Origin: Phoronis australis
Lineage: Eukaryota; Animalia; Phoronida
Direction of reading: 5' to 3'
Assembly: GCA_002633005.1 (NCBI GenBank)
Contig: NMRA01000598.1
Span: forward strand, 192,996 to 256,995
Length of the DNA stretch: 64,000 bases
In this document: positions 50,601-62,002 of the stretch, one piece after another
Layout of the letters: each line of letters begins with the position of its first letter
How positions within the stretch are numbered: the first letter of the stretch is position 1
The notes under the pieces: generated by a model
The model's input: only the letters and a program-made list of their open reading frames with translations
What the model was told of the DNA's origin: nothing
Database searches by the model: none
Made by a program: the position numbers and the translations under genes

Positions 50601-52191
50601 CATAGAACTCAATAAATTTACACAAAACAGAAGTTCCACAAACCATGAGGAATTATTCTTTCTCTAAATACCAATTTATGGTGTCCAGCTCCACTGAGTT
50701 CGCAAGAAATTCGCGGTTAAAGCACAAAAATCTTCCCAAAAAGCTTGTCTGGTGCAACTCCCGTGTCCCACTGCACTGGTCACGTGAAGAGCGCGGAACT
50801 AATCGATGAGTTACGGATGAACAGCGATTGTTGAGTTATCGATACCGTGACTTTCCGTGGTGAATAAGTTTCATACCTTGTAGTATTATATATAATGGGG
50901 ACGATCAGAAGCTAGGCTTGGGGACGCCTGTGTAACAGGCAAGGTGAGTGCCGTTTGATTCCGATTTTGCATGCACAACGACCGGTCTTTAGCTCTACAT
51001 ATTGATACATATTTCACAGCAAGGTGACGAGCAGAGCTACCCTGGCTGCGTGCAATTTCGGGGTCTTTAGAAGAAAAACATACAGTGGTACCTAGGCTCC
51101 TAGCTATATTTTGACGACAGTCATACTACAGCTAGCTGGCTGGTAGGCAATGACCATCGCCTCTGTTGGCCCGAAGCAGAGGCGATGTAGAGGCTATAGG
51201 CGCTCTGTACGCCGGAAGCTTTTCGGCGAATTATGCCTCGCACCGACTAAACCATCAAAGTCACGTTGTTACAAATACCTTTTGCGCATAGAGGAACACC
51301 TTAGGAGGTTGTCGATGTGTTTAATTCTTCCAACTCGAACAAATACTCCCGTTATGAAACTTTTTCTTCGAGCAGTCCCTATTTCAGTTCCCAAAATCGT
51401 GAACTCAACTTTTTTATACTGCGCACGCTCCAATTCATGACCTCAATCTTTAAATAGGCCAAAGGTGAGCCATTGCGGTCTTGGCAGTCAAATGTTCGTT
51501 TCCAAAATGCCACCACTTATACTTGTCTTTAATTGGCGTTACTTGAAACTGATTGTATTTCAATGAATCATTGTTTGTATTTGATAAAAACAAATGCTGT
51601 TGATATGACATTTAATAGTCTTTTTGCACATATTTGACATTTTAATGTTTAACAACACGGCAAATGCACGGCTGGTTCCCGGCAGCACGTACGCGAAGGG
51701 CGGGAACTTCAGCTTTCAAAGTTCGCCGGTAGGTCCGCAACTTCTGACCTTCGGCCTGGTTAAAAAAATGAAAAAGTTGAGTTCACGATTTTGGGAACTG
51801 AAATAGGGACTGCTCGAAGAAAAAGTTTCATAACGGGAGTATTTGTTCGAGTTGGAAGGAATTAAACACATCGACAACCTCCTAAGGTGTTCCTCTATGC
51901 GCAAAAGGTATTTGTAACAACGTGACTTTGATGGTTTAGTCGGTGCGAGGCATAATTCGCCGAAAAGCTTCCGGCGTACAGAGCGCCTATAGCCTCTACA
52001 TCGCCTCTGCTTCGGGCCAACAGAGGCGATGGTCATTGCCTAGCTGGCTGGCTACCCTCTAAGCCTAAGGCTCTAAGGCCCGGTCTGAGTCTGAGTTGCC
52101 TCTTCTCGAGGTAGCAGTGGATACTGACCGTATAGCACCCAATACGTAAAATGCCACAGCAGAGTTGAAGATTCTCACACAATTTTGCCAT
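35630..52191 (-). CDS. ARL15: ADP-ribosylation factor-like protein 15, five coding exons, ~223 aa
   Basis: Exons 52129-52191 (MAKLCENLQLCCGILRIGCYT), 41531-41678 (LFCKKMCC..IGLANTGKST..PTT), 40118-40177 (GFSIKALRFENCILNVKELG), 36321-36529 (GGDNVRQYW..GVIFVVDS..CQDKP) and 35630-35821. All introns are GT-AG with consistent phases. FSIKA and NVKELGG are ARL15-diagnostic. Confidence 0.93.
38245..40093 (-). mobile_element. HINE copy B (more diverged), in ARL15 intron 3
   Basis: Same termini (GTTGAAATGCGTCCACGAATGC... and TATGCACCCACATA..TATGTGGGTGCATAAAAA) and the same CCACTAG-containing core repeats as copy A. Confidence 0.7.
40361..40559. mobile_element. MITE with 15-bp TIR and 5-bp TSD
   Basis: CATGCGCGCACCCAG ... 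CTGGGTGCGCGCATG, flanked by TAAAA on both sides. Confidence 0.85.
43264..45232. mobile_element. Sola-like non-autonomous DNA transposon
   Basis: Ends (A/G)GGCAATTC ... GAATTGCCC are flanked by ATTT on both sides, matching the AWWT 4-bp TSD of Sola1. Subterminal GACGTAC repeats are present. No intact ORF. Confidence 0.55.
46130..48222. mobile_element. hAT-like non-autonomous element nested in HINE C
   Basis: TIRs CAGGGCTCAACATTAAC / GTTAGTGTTGAGCCCTG, subterminal ACTTGCCC/GGGCAAGT repeats and a 5-bp duplication GTTTA of the host sequence GTGGGTTTAGGA. Confidence 0.8.
46483..46721 (+). mobile_element. CAGTGGC(A/G)GATCTAC-type MITE, copy 1
   Basis: TIRs CAGTGGCAGATCTAC / GTAGATCCGCCTCTG with G- and C-runs inside. 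Related copies start at 60140 and 62517. Confidence 0.8.
50221..50482. mobile_element. hAT-type MITE with 8-bp TSD
   Basis: CAGTGTTCT ... AGAACACTG(C), flanked by CTCTAACC at 50213-50220 and 50483-50490. Internal GCGTCCTGTTT tandem units. Confidence 0.7.
50490..50932. mobile_element. CACAG-ended non-autonomous DNA element
   Basis: CACAGGCATCC..AGCTTCTAATCGTCC mirrors GGACGATCAGAAGCT..GGACGCCTGTG, with TAAC on both flanks. An inverted partial copy lies at ~42520-42785. Confidence 0.6.
51144..52042. mobile_element. Mutator(MULE)-like MITE with ~270-bp TIRs and 9-bp TSD
   Basis: 51144-~51414 is a near-perfect reverse complement of ~51772-52042, giving mirror ORFs 51150+ and 52036-. GCTGGCTGG flanks both ends (51135-51143 and 52043-52051). 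Confidence 0.88.
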
Positions 52192-55100
52192 TAGATCATG
52201 CCAAACACTGTTTCATCGGCTAACATTGCCACAGAGACACAAGGGACACAGGCCACCGCTCACTGGTTTGAAACGGGTACTCGGAAGTAAACAAATCCCT
52301 GTTCCGACAAACATACAATTTCGACGATCTATTTTAAAAATGCACAGGCACCGTGCTCCTAGCGGCTAATTTATGAACTACCAGAGACTTCGCCAGTCAA
52401 AGAGATGCGAGGAACCAAGGTGCGGGGCGTGTAGGGCTGCGAACACAGGGAGAAGTCAACAAAAATAATATCATACAGTAGGATACCACAATAGAGATAA
52501 ATATCACCAGTCATCACGCGGCGACCGACTTAGCTCACTGAGTCCAATGACGCTCCGTTCGATACACGTACATGTAGCCCGGCATGGTAGGCCTGGCTTT
52601 TAGTCGTCGACAAGCCGCCGGGCCGTGGGTCGGTGTCGGCCGCGGTCTCAGTGCCTATGGTAGTACTCGTAGCTGGTCAGCTGGTCAGCTGGCTGGTGAG
52701 ACACTGCGTACGCTTGGGATGCCCACAGGCAATATAATTCCATAACTCCTAGAGCTAAGCTACCGAAGTGTCGATGTAGCGTACACTACTGAAAACAGTC
52801 ACACGCACATTAGATGTCTTTCTTGTTGTTGTTGTTGTTGACCCTGCGGTTTACACGCGTGTAATAATAATACCGTAACATTGGCTCATAAAACTTTATT
52901 TATGATATGATACGAGTAATAATACGATTTTCAATACGGTGAACGATTTACGATTCACGATACGATACGATGCGATTCGATACGATATGATACAATACGG
53001 TTAAACCTGAAACAATTAATAAAGATAATGCAATATCAAATACAAATTGAATTACCAAATACATGTACATCATACTAAAATACAGAAAATTGCATATCTA
53101 ACAATATTATATCAACTCACAATTTGGTATTTATTTACTTAAACATCATTCAACAAAGAATGGACTCACCGGAGACAGCCCAAGAGTTGTTATCTCTGCG
53201 GCGAAAGATGTTAAAGTTGAGTCTCCGATGAGTTGCCAGCAGTCACTGGTACGGTGCGCGGCTTTAGACGCTCTTCGGCTGGGTTAAAGATCTTTTATAG
53301 GCCTAACTATCCCTAATTCCCGTACCAAGATGAATTTCATGGTTTTGAACTATCTCGCCCACCACAATAGTCAGCAGAATCTTGTAGTTACAACAATTTC
53401 TATTACGACACTTTCTATGAGTTAAACAAATAATCAAAGAACTGAGAATAGTTGTTTCTAAAGTCAAAGTTTATAGTAAAACATCAAGAAACAAAGTTGT
53501 CTCTTACCAACGCTGGGTATCTGTGATATTTTTGAAGCAAGCAGCAGCCTCTCTCCAAGCAATATGAATTCTAGAGTAGCTAACAGAATATTTATACTGA
53601 ACACAAGAAAGGTGGGCGAGATAGTTCAAAACCATGGAAACCCACAAACTTCCTCCAAAATGCTACATCTAGTTCCAAAACAATTCTCTGAACAAGGTCG
53701 CTGGTTCCAAAACAATTCTGTGAATCAATCTGCTGGACTTCAGCAATGAACCCAAGTCATTACCAATTATTGTGCAGGACAATCAAGAGTTGAGTAATTC
53801 CGATGGACAAATAAAAGATTATTGTTGTTGTCGGAAATGCCTCATCCCAAAGCTAACAGATTTTCAAAGACTTACACAACTTGCAAAACAAGGCACAATT
53901 GTTATTATAAACATCCCACAACTGGTAACAGACAAGTGGTGAATCACTTCCCATGAACTCCTAGGAGGTTCCAAATTTTGGTAAACAACCAATATGTTTA
54001 ATTAATTATACACCAGTCACTAAAATTGCATAAGATTGCTTTTAATTAGACTAACTATCTACAGCATCAAAAAATGTCACTAACATCCCGGCCCCGATGA
54101 GGCGAACAGCTCGGGTTACGTTCCCATATAAAAGCTGTTTTCAGAAAGCCATATTAGCTACTAGTAGGGGTTTCCAATGAGGGCAATGGCCAAGTTTTAG
54201 TCTTTGAATAGCTTGTTTTCTTATGCATGACTGCCTTGGACTTGATTTCTGTCTTTGTTTTAAGTGTTTGAATATTCAAATGGAAACTTTGTCTTCATTC
54301 CAGGTTGCAATATACGGATGAATTTCGCATGACCTATCATCGACCTATACATCTTATTCAATTAATACAACTAATTTTGACGAAGTACTGCATTATTGGT
54401 ATGATCTGATAGTGTTGTAATTTTAAATAAAAATGCAATTTTTGCAATCCAGATTTTTGGGCTGCACTTAATTTACTTAAAATCTGAATTATTACACTCC
54501 TTGTTAACAGTTAAAACTATTTTAAACTACTTGCAAAGGCAATGAGTAGAGCTGCTTGGCCACGCTATTGGTTTGTAGAGTAGACCCGATGACTTCTGCT
54601 GGTTAAGTGCTTGCTGAAGAAAATTGACACCCCAAATGTTTTGTGTGTGTGTGATTGAATTATTTTTGCTACATCCATGCAATGGGAGTAAATGCGACGC
54701 ATTGTTATTGTCAATGGAACACTTCCATTGATTTCTTCTGTTGCGTCTTTGCTGGACACAATAGAAGCTGCATGGATATCGCACCTTGGGTGCAAGTTAG
54801 CAGGATACCGAAAAATTCTTGCTATTAAAAAAGTGAAGAATGGATACGTTAATCCACCGATCTCCTGCGACGAGTTGCGACCTAGTTTCCCGTGGGTTAG
54901 GCACAACACCATCATCCAGACAAAAATGCGCAACTTGATGCAGCTCGAACTAAAATAGATTTTAGCAGATATGGTTTTGTGTTCATTGTAAGTTTTTACA
55001 TGTTTAATTTGCATGTGCATGCAGCTATTTAATTTAAACTGGAAATAAATTACTCATTATATGAGTTGACCATTTTCACAGGGGTTTGTACAATGTAGAA

Positions 55101-56371
55101 ACACATATATTCCCATCATGCATATATGTACCTGTGGCAGAATGGAATACCGTAAAATACAATACAATGCAATACAATTAAACAAACGTATTGAATTTAA
55201 GACTCTGTAAAACGTGTATGCACCTATTGTCCATCAACTTTCTCAAAAAAAAACATGATGCGGAGCTGAAAATGCGAGAGCAACAGATAACACTGGACCG
55301 GGAAAAGTTTGAAATGAAGAAGAAGGAAAGGGAAGAGAGGCTTGACATTGAGAAGAAAGAAAGGGAGCTGTAGAACACAACATGTTAAATTTCATCACAC
55401 CCTGAACTCATTTATTCGGTTCACGATTACTTTCACGTTCACGTAAAAATTTAGCTGTTGCAAAACCCATTTAACTTATCGTAACATAAATCGGCACGTG
55501 TAATTATATATGTGTGATAATTCTCGTTCTCCTCGTTTTGCGAAACCCCTCTTATGTCATGATGTTGGAATTGTGAAATCTATTTCGTTAATTCGAACAA
55601 TGTGTGAGAAAAAGTTACTCACGTTTGTCAATTGTTTAGCATGACGTCGTGGTGAAATTCGATGTCTGGCTGTTGCGAATCTCTAAAATGCCAGTTACTT
55701 TTCGCATAACCAAGGCATTCCAAACTAAATAATCTGTCAATTAAAATTAAAATTATATTCAAATGTTTTATAAATAAAACTATATCGTAAAACGGCATCT
55801 TGGCGAGCTGTGTCGAGCTAAAACAACTAGATCAGTATACGATATGTATATTTATGGTGTCGATCCTCTTGAAAAGAAATTGCTTGAACAAATCAGGAAG
55901 ACTTTGTTTCCATGTATTGAGTGTAAATGCTTGTTTGATTTTACGCTCATCTTTGGCTAAGCACGAACCCTAATTTTTTACTTTTATACATTCATCTTAT
56001 AGGCTCACTCTTAATTAGTAATATCGAGAGTTTTTTTGTTTTTTTCAACTTCCACATCTTCGCAATGTTTACCTTCAAAACGCCATAACGTGTTAATACA
56101 CCACTGATCCACAACAAATTGCAATAAAATCTTGGACAGTGATTTACGTGTATGTCCTATTGATTATGCCTATTAACTGGAAAATGTAAAAATCTACCAA
56201 AGTCTGACAACTGGAAATTGGTCACAACTGGGTCATTTCCAAGATGGCCGCCACAACGTTTCAACATCACTGAAAACAAACATAACTTCCTCAATAAGTG
56301 TAATAAAGGCAATATTTGGATCTAGTCTATGGTTTTGAGGGGTGAGTAACTGAGTGGTTTTGGGCAAAAAA

Positions 56372-56519
56372 ATCGTACATGCTAAGTATTCGATATGATA
56401 TTCAAGATGGCAGCTAAAAATCATACATGCTCAGTATTCAATATGATATTAAAGATGGCAGCTAAAAATCATACATGTTCAGTATTCGATATGATATTCA
56501 AGATGGCAGCTAAAAATCA
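56372..56519. repeat. 48-bp tandem repeat x3 containing AAGATGGCAGC
   Basis: AGATGGCAGCTAAAAATC starts at 56405, 56453 and 56501. Probably subterminal repeats of the Academ relic. Confidence 0.8.
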
Positions 56520-57652
56520 AGAACAAAAAGCGCCATTTGTCCATGAATTCCGGTGGTCAAACAAAATTTTTCAGAATTTAACGTTCACTTTTTTAAAAAA
56601 CGTTTATTGAAATTGCGCAAAATTCTGCACATGTGCATATCAATGTTTTACACTATAATAAAAAGATTGATATGCATGTGTTCACGGTAAAAAATTATCA
56701 AGATACACTGTGTTTTCATTCCAGGACAGGGGAGATAATTTTAAAACTCAAATCGTCAATGCCACCGTCCTACAAAGTGTTATAATAATTTTTTTTCATT
56801 CCAGGACAGGGGAGATAATAACGGATGGTGAGGCTGGGCAAAAAATTAACTCATAAGTAATATTTTGTCGGTTGGGTACTCCATTTTGCAACGAAAAGTT
56901 TGACATTTTCATATGCTGAGAAAGAGTTAATTGGGGTTAATCACAACATGCTTTACATAACGTTTGACAGCAGTCTGGTGTGCCCTGACAAAGAATGTGT
57001 ATCAAGGTTGTATAAGCTGTATTATGCTCAATAACGTCTTCTGTCTCTCAGTATGAAGAAGACTGAGCATCAGGTTGTAGGAAAATAACGACTCATGGAA
57101 GTCATTAAAACATTTGGCATCCACATCTGGAATTTTTCCTCACCAGATCAGCCATTTCGTGTACGTACATGTAGAGGTATATGTAACCAGCCTTCAGCTT
57201 GTTGTGGTGTCCAGCAGCAGCAAATATTGTCAATGCATCACTGGCAGCTTGCATGTGATTACTCCAAGACCCAGTGCGATCTGCCTTGATGATTGCCATA
57301 GCGGTATGGAGCATGTTTTGATAACCCACCCACAGCTGCCTCGTATTGGACTGTGTAAAAAATTCAGATTTCTTCTTCTCAAGATTGTCGATGATTTTCA
57401 CAAATGCGGCTGATTCTTCAACATATTCAAGAGATCTGTAACACGTCAACAAGGACGAATACATTTACTCAATTTTGTCTACTTGGATTGCCAGCTCAGG
57501 ATATTCATCTACGACAGAAGTCACAGCAACTTGATGGAGGCACTTGTCCACCAACAGAAGGCTACAGAACGCCCTGTGAACATATTTTCCAGACATCATA
57601 AGCAGTACATCGTTTTCAACTAACACCTGTTCCAGGATGTTTTGGAGTCCTA

Positions 57653-58084
57653 TTCCCGGCTGCATGAAACAGTCCCAAATAAGGACTCAACTAATTTCTC
57701 TAAATCTACTGCGTATTTGTGGACTTGGGAAAATACCGATTGTCTTTTCTTATACTGTTTTAGTTTCACTGCTAAGTCAACTTTTGGTGTTTACACATAT
57801 CGAGTGTGAACTCGAAGTAGAATTCTCTATATTATCTAAACTGTATAGGGATCTTTTCATGCAACGCTACTAACTTTGGGACCAAGTCCCAATTTATTTT
57901 CAATGAATTGAGGGCTCAGTTTTTACTCATAATATTAGAAAATATCAGCAAAAGGAGATTTCATTATAAAGATGAATTGAACGAAAAAAGGTTACATATG
58001 TGTGTAAACATGGACACAAATGTGCAAAATGATTAAGGGAACTTAGTTAGGTCCCTATTTGGGACTGTTTCATGCAACCCGGCA
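57653..58084. mobile_element. Harbinger-type MITE inserted in the Academ transposase
   Basis: CCGGCTGCATGAAACAGTCCCAAATA / TATTTGGGACTGTTTCATGCAACCCGG interrupts the MAGT-GL coding stretch. One matching end occurs at ~29238. Confidence 0.75.
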
Positions 58085-60139
58085 CTGTACCCGCCATTAA
58101 CATGCCTTTTGCTCCAAGCAGATTCATGAACGTGTGAAGAGTTCCCAGCGTGAGAACGATGCCTTTCAAGCGGTTATTCTCTTGTGTAACATTAACAATC
58201 TTTGTTCCAGAACAGCGGTTGGTCGAATGTAATCACAAGAGGGACATGGTGTCTGGTGGCCATATTTGACAAAACGTCCAATGTGGACAGAATGTAAGAC
58301 TCCTCGCCTGGGTACATGTAAATCATTGGCAAACACTGAGGATGGAAGATGCACCAGGACGTTCCTGTACTTGGACAAAGGAGAGTGTCATCCCCTGCCA
58401 CCCAGGAACTCTTTTCTTGAAATGGGATGATTACTACCAGAATATATCAACTCCGATGTCGCAGACTTGAAGATCTGGAAGGTCCCGAAAATTGATGGTC
58501 TGAAGCACATGGAAAGCGAAACAATATTGATGTCAATTTTTGACTTCTGTAGAATGTCCAGTTCTCAAGTCATTTGTCTTCACACGAGAATTCGTGTTTT
58601 CCTACTCGGAGTCAAAGCTGTTATCATGCCCATACCTTGAAAGGTACTTTTGAAATCAATGGTGATCACATTGTGATCTACATTGTCACAAACAGTACTT
58701 ATAGCCCCAATGCATAAATTTTTGATGTAACACAGGTTGCTGCAATCTTTTGAAATCGCAGTGTTTCACCATACAACGAGCCGTACCCCATATTACACAC
58801 GGTTTTGACAAAAATTGAATGGTACATGTTAACTGCCTGCACGGCGAAACCAATCTGGATTGGTGCATGACAGTCCGAGGTCTGACCGGTTGCACTGTGC
58901 ATTGTAGCTTGTCCAATACTTAGCGTTCTTGGGTAACAATCAATAACAGATGGCACATTTGTTTATATATCACTTTTGACCAGCCTTGATGCAATCTCGA
59001 TTAAGACTTTCTTTTATACTTCTTCATCAACTTCTCGAAGTGCATCTTTTTGTAAGCCCGAAGTGTGTGTGATGTTTTCTTTCTGTATATAACAAAGACA
59101 GAGTCTTTATAACGTTCCTGAATTTTGTTTTTCGGACAGTAGTTGATGTATGTTGGAAACTTGTCGTCTGTAAGAAACACATCCAATTTGCCCTGCAGGT
59201 ACCAAACAATTATCTGTTTTTCATTATTGGTCTCAAAAGAAAAACATTGCAAAGAATTATTGCTCTTGGTGACCGTCTCTTGGACGTCTCTACTTCATGC
59301 CTGTTGGATCTGAACCAATCTGGAACTGCCCAATGCGGAAACGTAAACTACACTGATGATGATTTATGCAGCCAACCGCATGAAAATCTCCACCGTGGTA
59401 CTTAACCCGACCCTTCACTGTCAACGACAAATCGTCAGTTCGAGTTATGCAGGCCTCCAGTATGGTTTTCGATAATTCATCGGTGTTCACATAACTGAAG
59501 CCAATCCTCCCATGATACACCGTGGTCCCACAGAAGACGCAGTCAGTTTTGTTCCTGAAAAGCCTTGTAAAAAAACATGTAAATTCGCTTCTGGGGCTGT
59601 TGGAACTGAATTTATTTCCGCTGTTGATTCAGGACGTTGCATTGATTTACAGGCATGTTTACAATAGTCGGCACGTACCTTGCATCTGGCTGTCGCATAA
59701 ATGTTGTTGCCTCTCAACACTGGTTTCACTGGTGCCATCAGTGCACTTCAGACGAATTTCTTCAACACCGCTTCCATGTTTAAACCTGTCTTTCTAAACT
59801 AGAGACCTATTTTCATAAATGTCACAAGCACTCATTCTTCAAATTACGTCTGGGAATGGGTGTAACAGTGTTTCTTGATTTTCTGTTGAAATTTACAAAC
59901 CCAGTCCTGTCTTGTTGTCTGCCGCTTTCATGCAGTGAAATGACAAAGCGAGACGGTGAATCTTGTTTTGGAATGCTTTCTGTGGGGCACTTCAGGCTGA
60001 TGTTGGCATTTTGCCCTACTTTCCTTGTTTGGACTTTTTATATAAAAAACAAGAAGCAAGCAAATATAAACTAGGCCATTTTGTTATTTCATGTCAAGGC
60101 AATGATTGGATTAAACATTTGACATTTAAATATGAATGC

Positions 60140-60290
60140 CAGTGGCGGATCTACGTTTTCAGTAAGGGGGTAGGGTTCCCGCAAAGGTCGAATCCGAGGC
60201 GCGTGGCACCGAGCGGGGGGGGGTAAACNGGGGGGGGTCGGGACGGGGCTGAACTGCCCTCCCGTGTAAGAAAACTTTTTTTGTTTTTGT
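60140..60290 (+). mobile_element. Partial CAGTGGCGGATCTAC-type MITE, copy 2
   Basis: The left TIR and body match 46483-46620. There is an N at 60229 in the G-run. Confidence 0.65.
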
Positions 60291-62002
60291 AGCCAAACAG
60301 TGAAATTTCCATGCATCGTGGTACGTTTCTGGCACTTAACATGTCCCTGGAGTTTTTCTTAAGATAATTAAATCCCTTCTCGATTTCGTCACATGAACTT
60401 GGCTCATAAGTTTCGTGAAACCATATTTGTGCACATCTGGGTATGAGCCACACCACCAGCAAAAATTTTTGTTGGAACATCTGCTTACACACACTTTTTA
60501 GCATACGAAAAAGTGTGGTGTGTATACAGGGGTTTAGACAACTACCAAATATTCAAGAGCATACATGTAAGGAGCACCGACGGGGCGTAAAAACTTGAAT
60601 ATCAGATGATCGCAACAGCCTCAAGCTGTTTAAGAACGAAGACCTGTACTGTTAGTCAGGAAATAAACATGAGAAAAACTGACGAACGATGGTGCTCTCA
60701 GCTCATAGTCTATTATTAAAAGCGATAATAAATAATTACAGCCGGCTATTGCGTCTTTCGTTATCGAGTTATAAAACACCAAATGCCTCTAGTGTTGTTT
60801 CAACAACCCAACGGTTTGCGTGTGTAAAACAACCATACATTCAGTCTGCTATCACTTGGAAGCAGAGTAATTCCATTTGCTCTGTTTTATTTTTGGAATA
60901 GTGAATATTTTTTACATTGAAAATGGGGTTTGGTTGTTTTTGCCTAAACATCAATTTCGGTCAGTATGTTTTTCATATACGTGTAGACGGGAGACCTGAA
61001 TATCAAACAGGGTTGAAAGATGGCATGTACTTTGAAAGTTAGTTGATTTTCCTCCACGCGAATCACACTCGCATTGCACATTAAGTATTGACTTGCAAAC
61101 CCTCAAATAACAATTATTCCCTCATCCATTGCGAACTCATCTTCGCTTTGAGGTCGGCACTCGCTTTACCCCTCCTTCCACTTTTGGTTGACACATTCTT
61201 TAACTTCCTCTGCAATTCGCATGTCGACAATAGTTTTATAGCCTCTGGCATCAGTTTCACCGCCCTCTGTTGGTCCCAATATTAGAGGCTGTCGTTTCCC
61301 TTAATATGACTTGAGTCTTGGAGATCCCGGCTGACTCGTGCCACCTCGACTTAGGATATAACATTAGATCAACAGTTGTACACGTAATTGAAAAGCTACC
61401 ACGTTAACTCCATTTAAGTACTTAACATTTGGTTAAGGTGCCGCTGTGACACAGCACAAGAGACCCTATACTTAGGAGATTTCAGTTTACGCTTTTGACG
61501 AGATTACGCGTTCAAAAATGTTCGAAAATGTGAATATTAATATTAGGCCATTTTGTCTTAACAAAGGAAACACCATACTTTGCGAAATTTCCGATATCAA
61601 GAAACATTAAAGGTAAGATGTGACAGTGTTTAAACTGGCCGTCTATCATAATTTTAACCTTGACGAAGGTTTAAACAGTTCATGAGGGCTTATTTTTTTC
61701 TGTGGCGTTAGCTATACTGCCAAGCCAAATAGCTATTGTTTGCTCGAAATTCACCCGGAAGCCAGAAAAAAATAAAGACTTGTTCAAGCCATCTAAAATG
61801 ACAGAAGCAGATCACCTATCACCACTTTTTGTCCAACTGGTCGGAAATTGGTCTGCAGTAGCTGAACACCTGCCGACCTACACTGAAGCGTCGGCTAGGA
61901 GCCGTGTTCTGTGTCGCCTCACCGGTCGTCAATTGCGTCGGAAACTGGCCTTCTAACCCAGACGAGCAATTCGGCAATGACCATTTTATAACTTAATAAT
62001 TA

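Larger units (their letters stand above)
56230..60130 (-). mobile_element. Decayed Academ-type DNA transposon (transposase pseudogene)
   Basis: Collinear minus-strand fragments VKGRVKYHGGDFHA..HHQC, APIQIGFAVQ, DNVDHNVITIDFKSTFQGMGMI, ITFDQPLFW, LHTFMNLLGA, SGKYVHRAF and ADRTGSW..FAAAGH match recalled Academ transposase motifs. Many frameshifts; ends not resolved. Confidence 0.7.

Noticed and set aside
51150-52036. Two near-identical ~100-aa ORFs on opposite strands as a gene pair
   Set aside because: They are the two TIR arms of one non-autonomous transposon, and the peptide has no recognisable domain.
53245-53285. tRNA-like sequence on the minus strand
   Set aside because: Only an A-box/D-arm-like stretch is visible, with no cloverleaf or B box. 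At most it is a SINE fragment.
55191-55373. Short K/E/R-rich coiled-coil ORF
   Set aside because: It is low complexity with no gene structure. It may be a Harbinger accessory-ORF remnant, but I cannot support a call.
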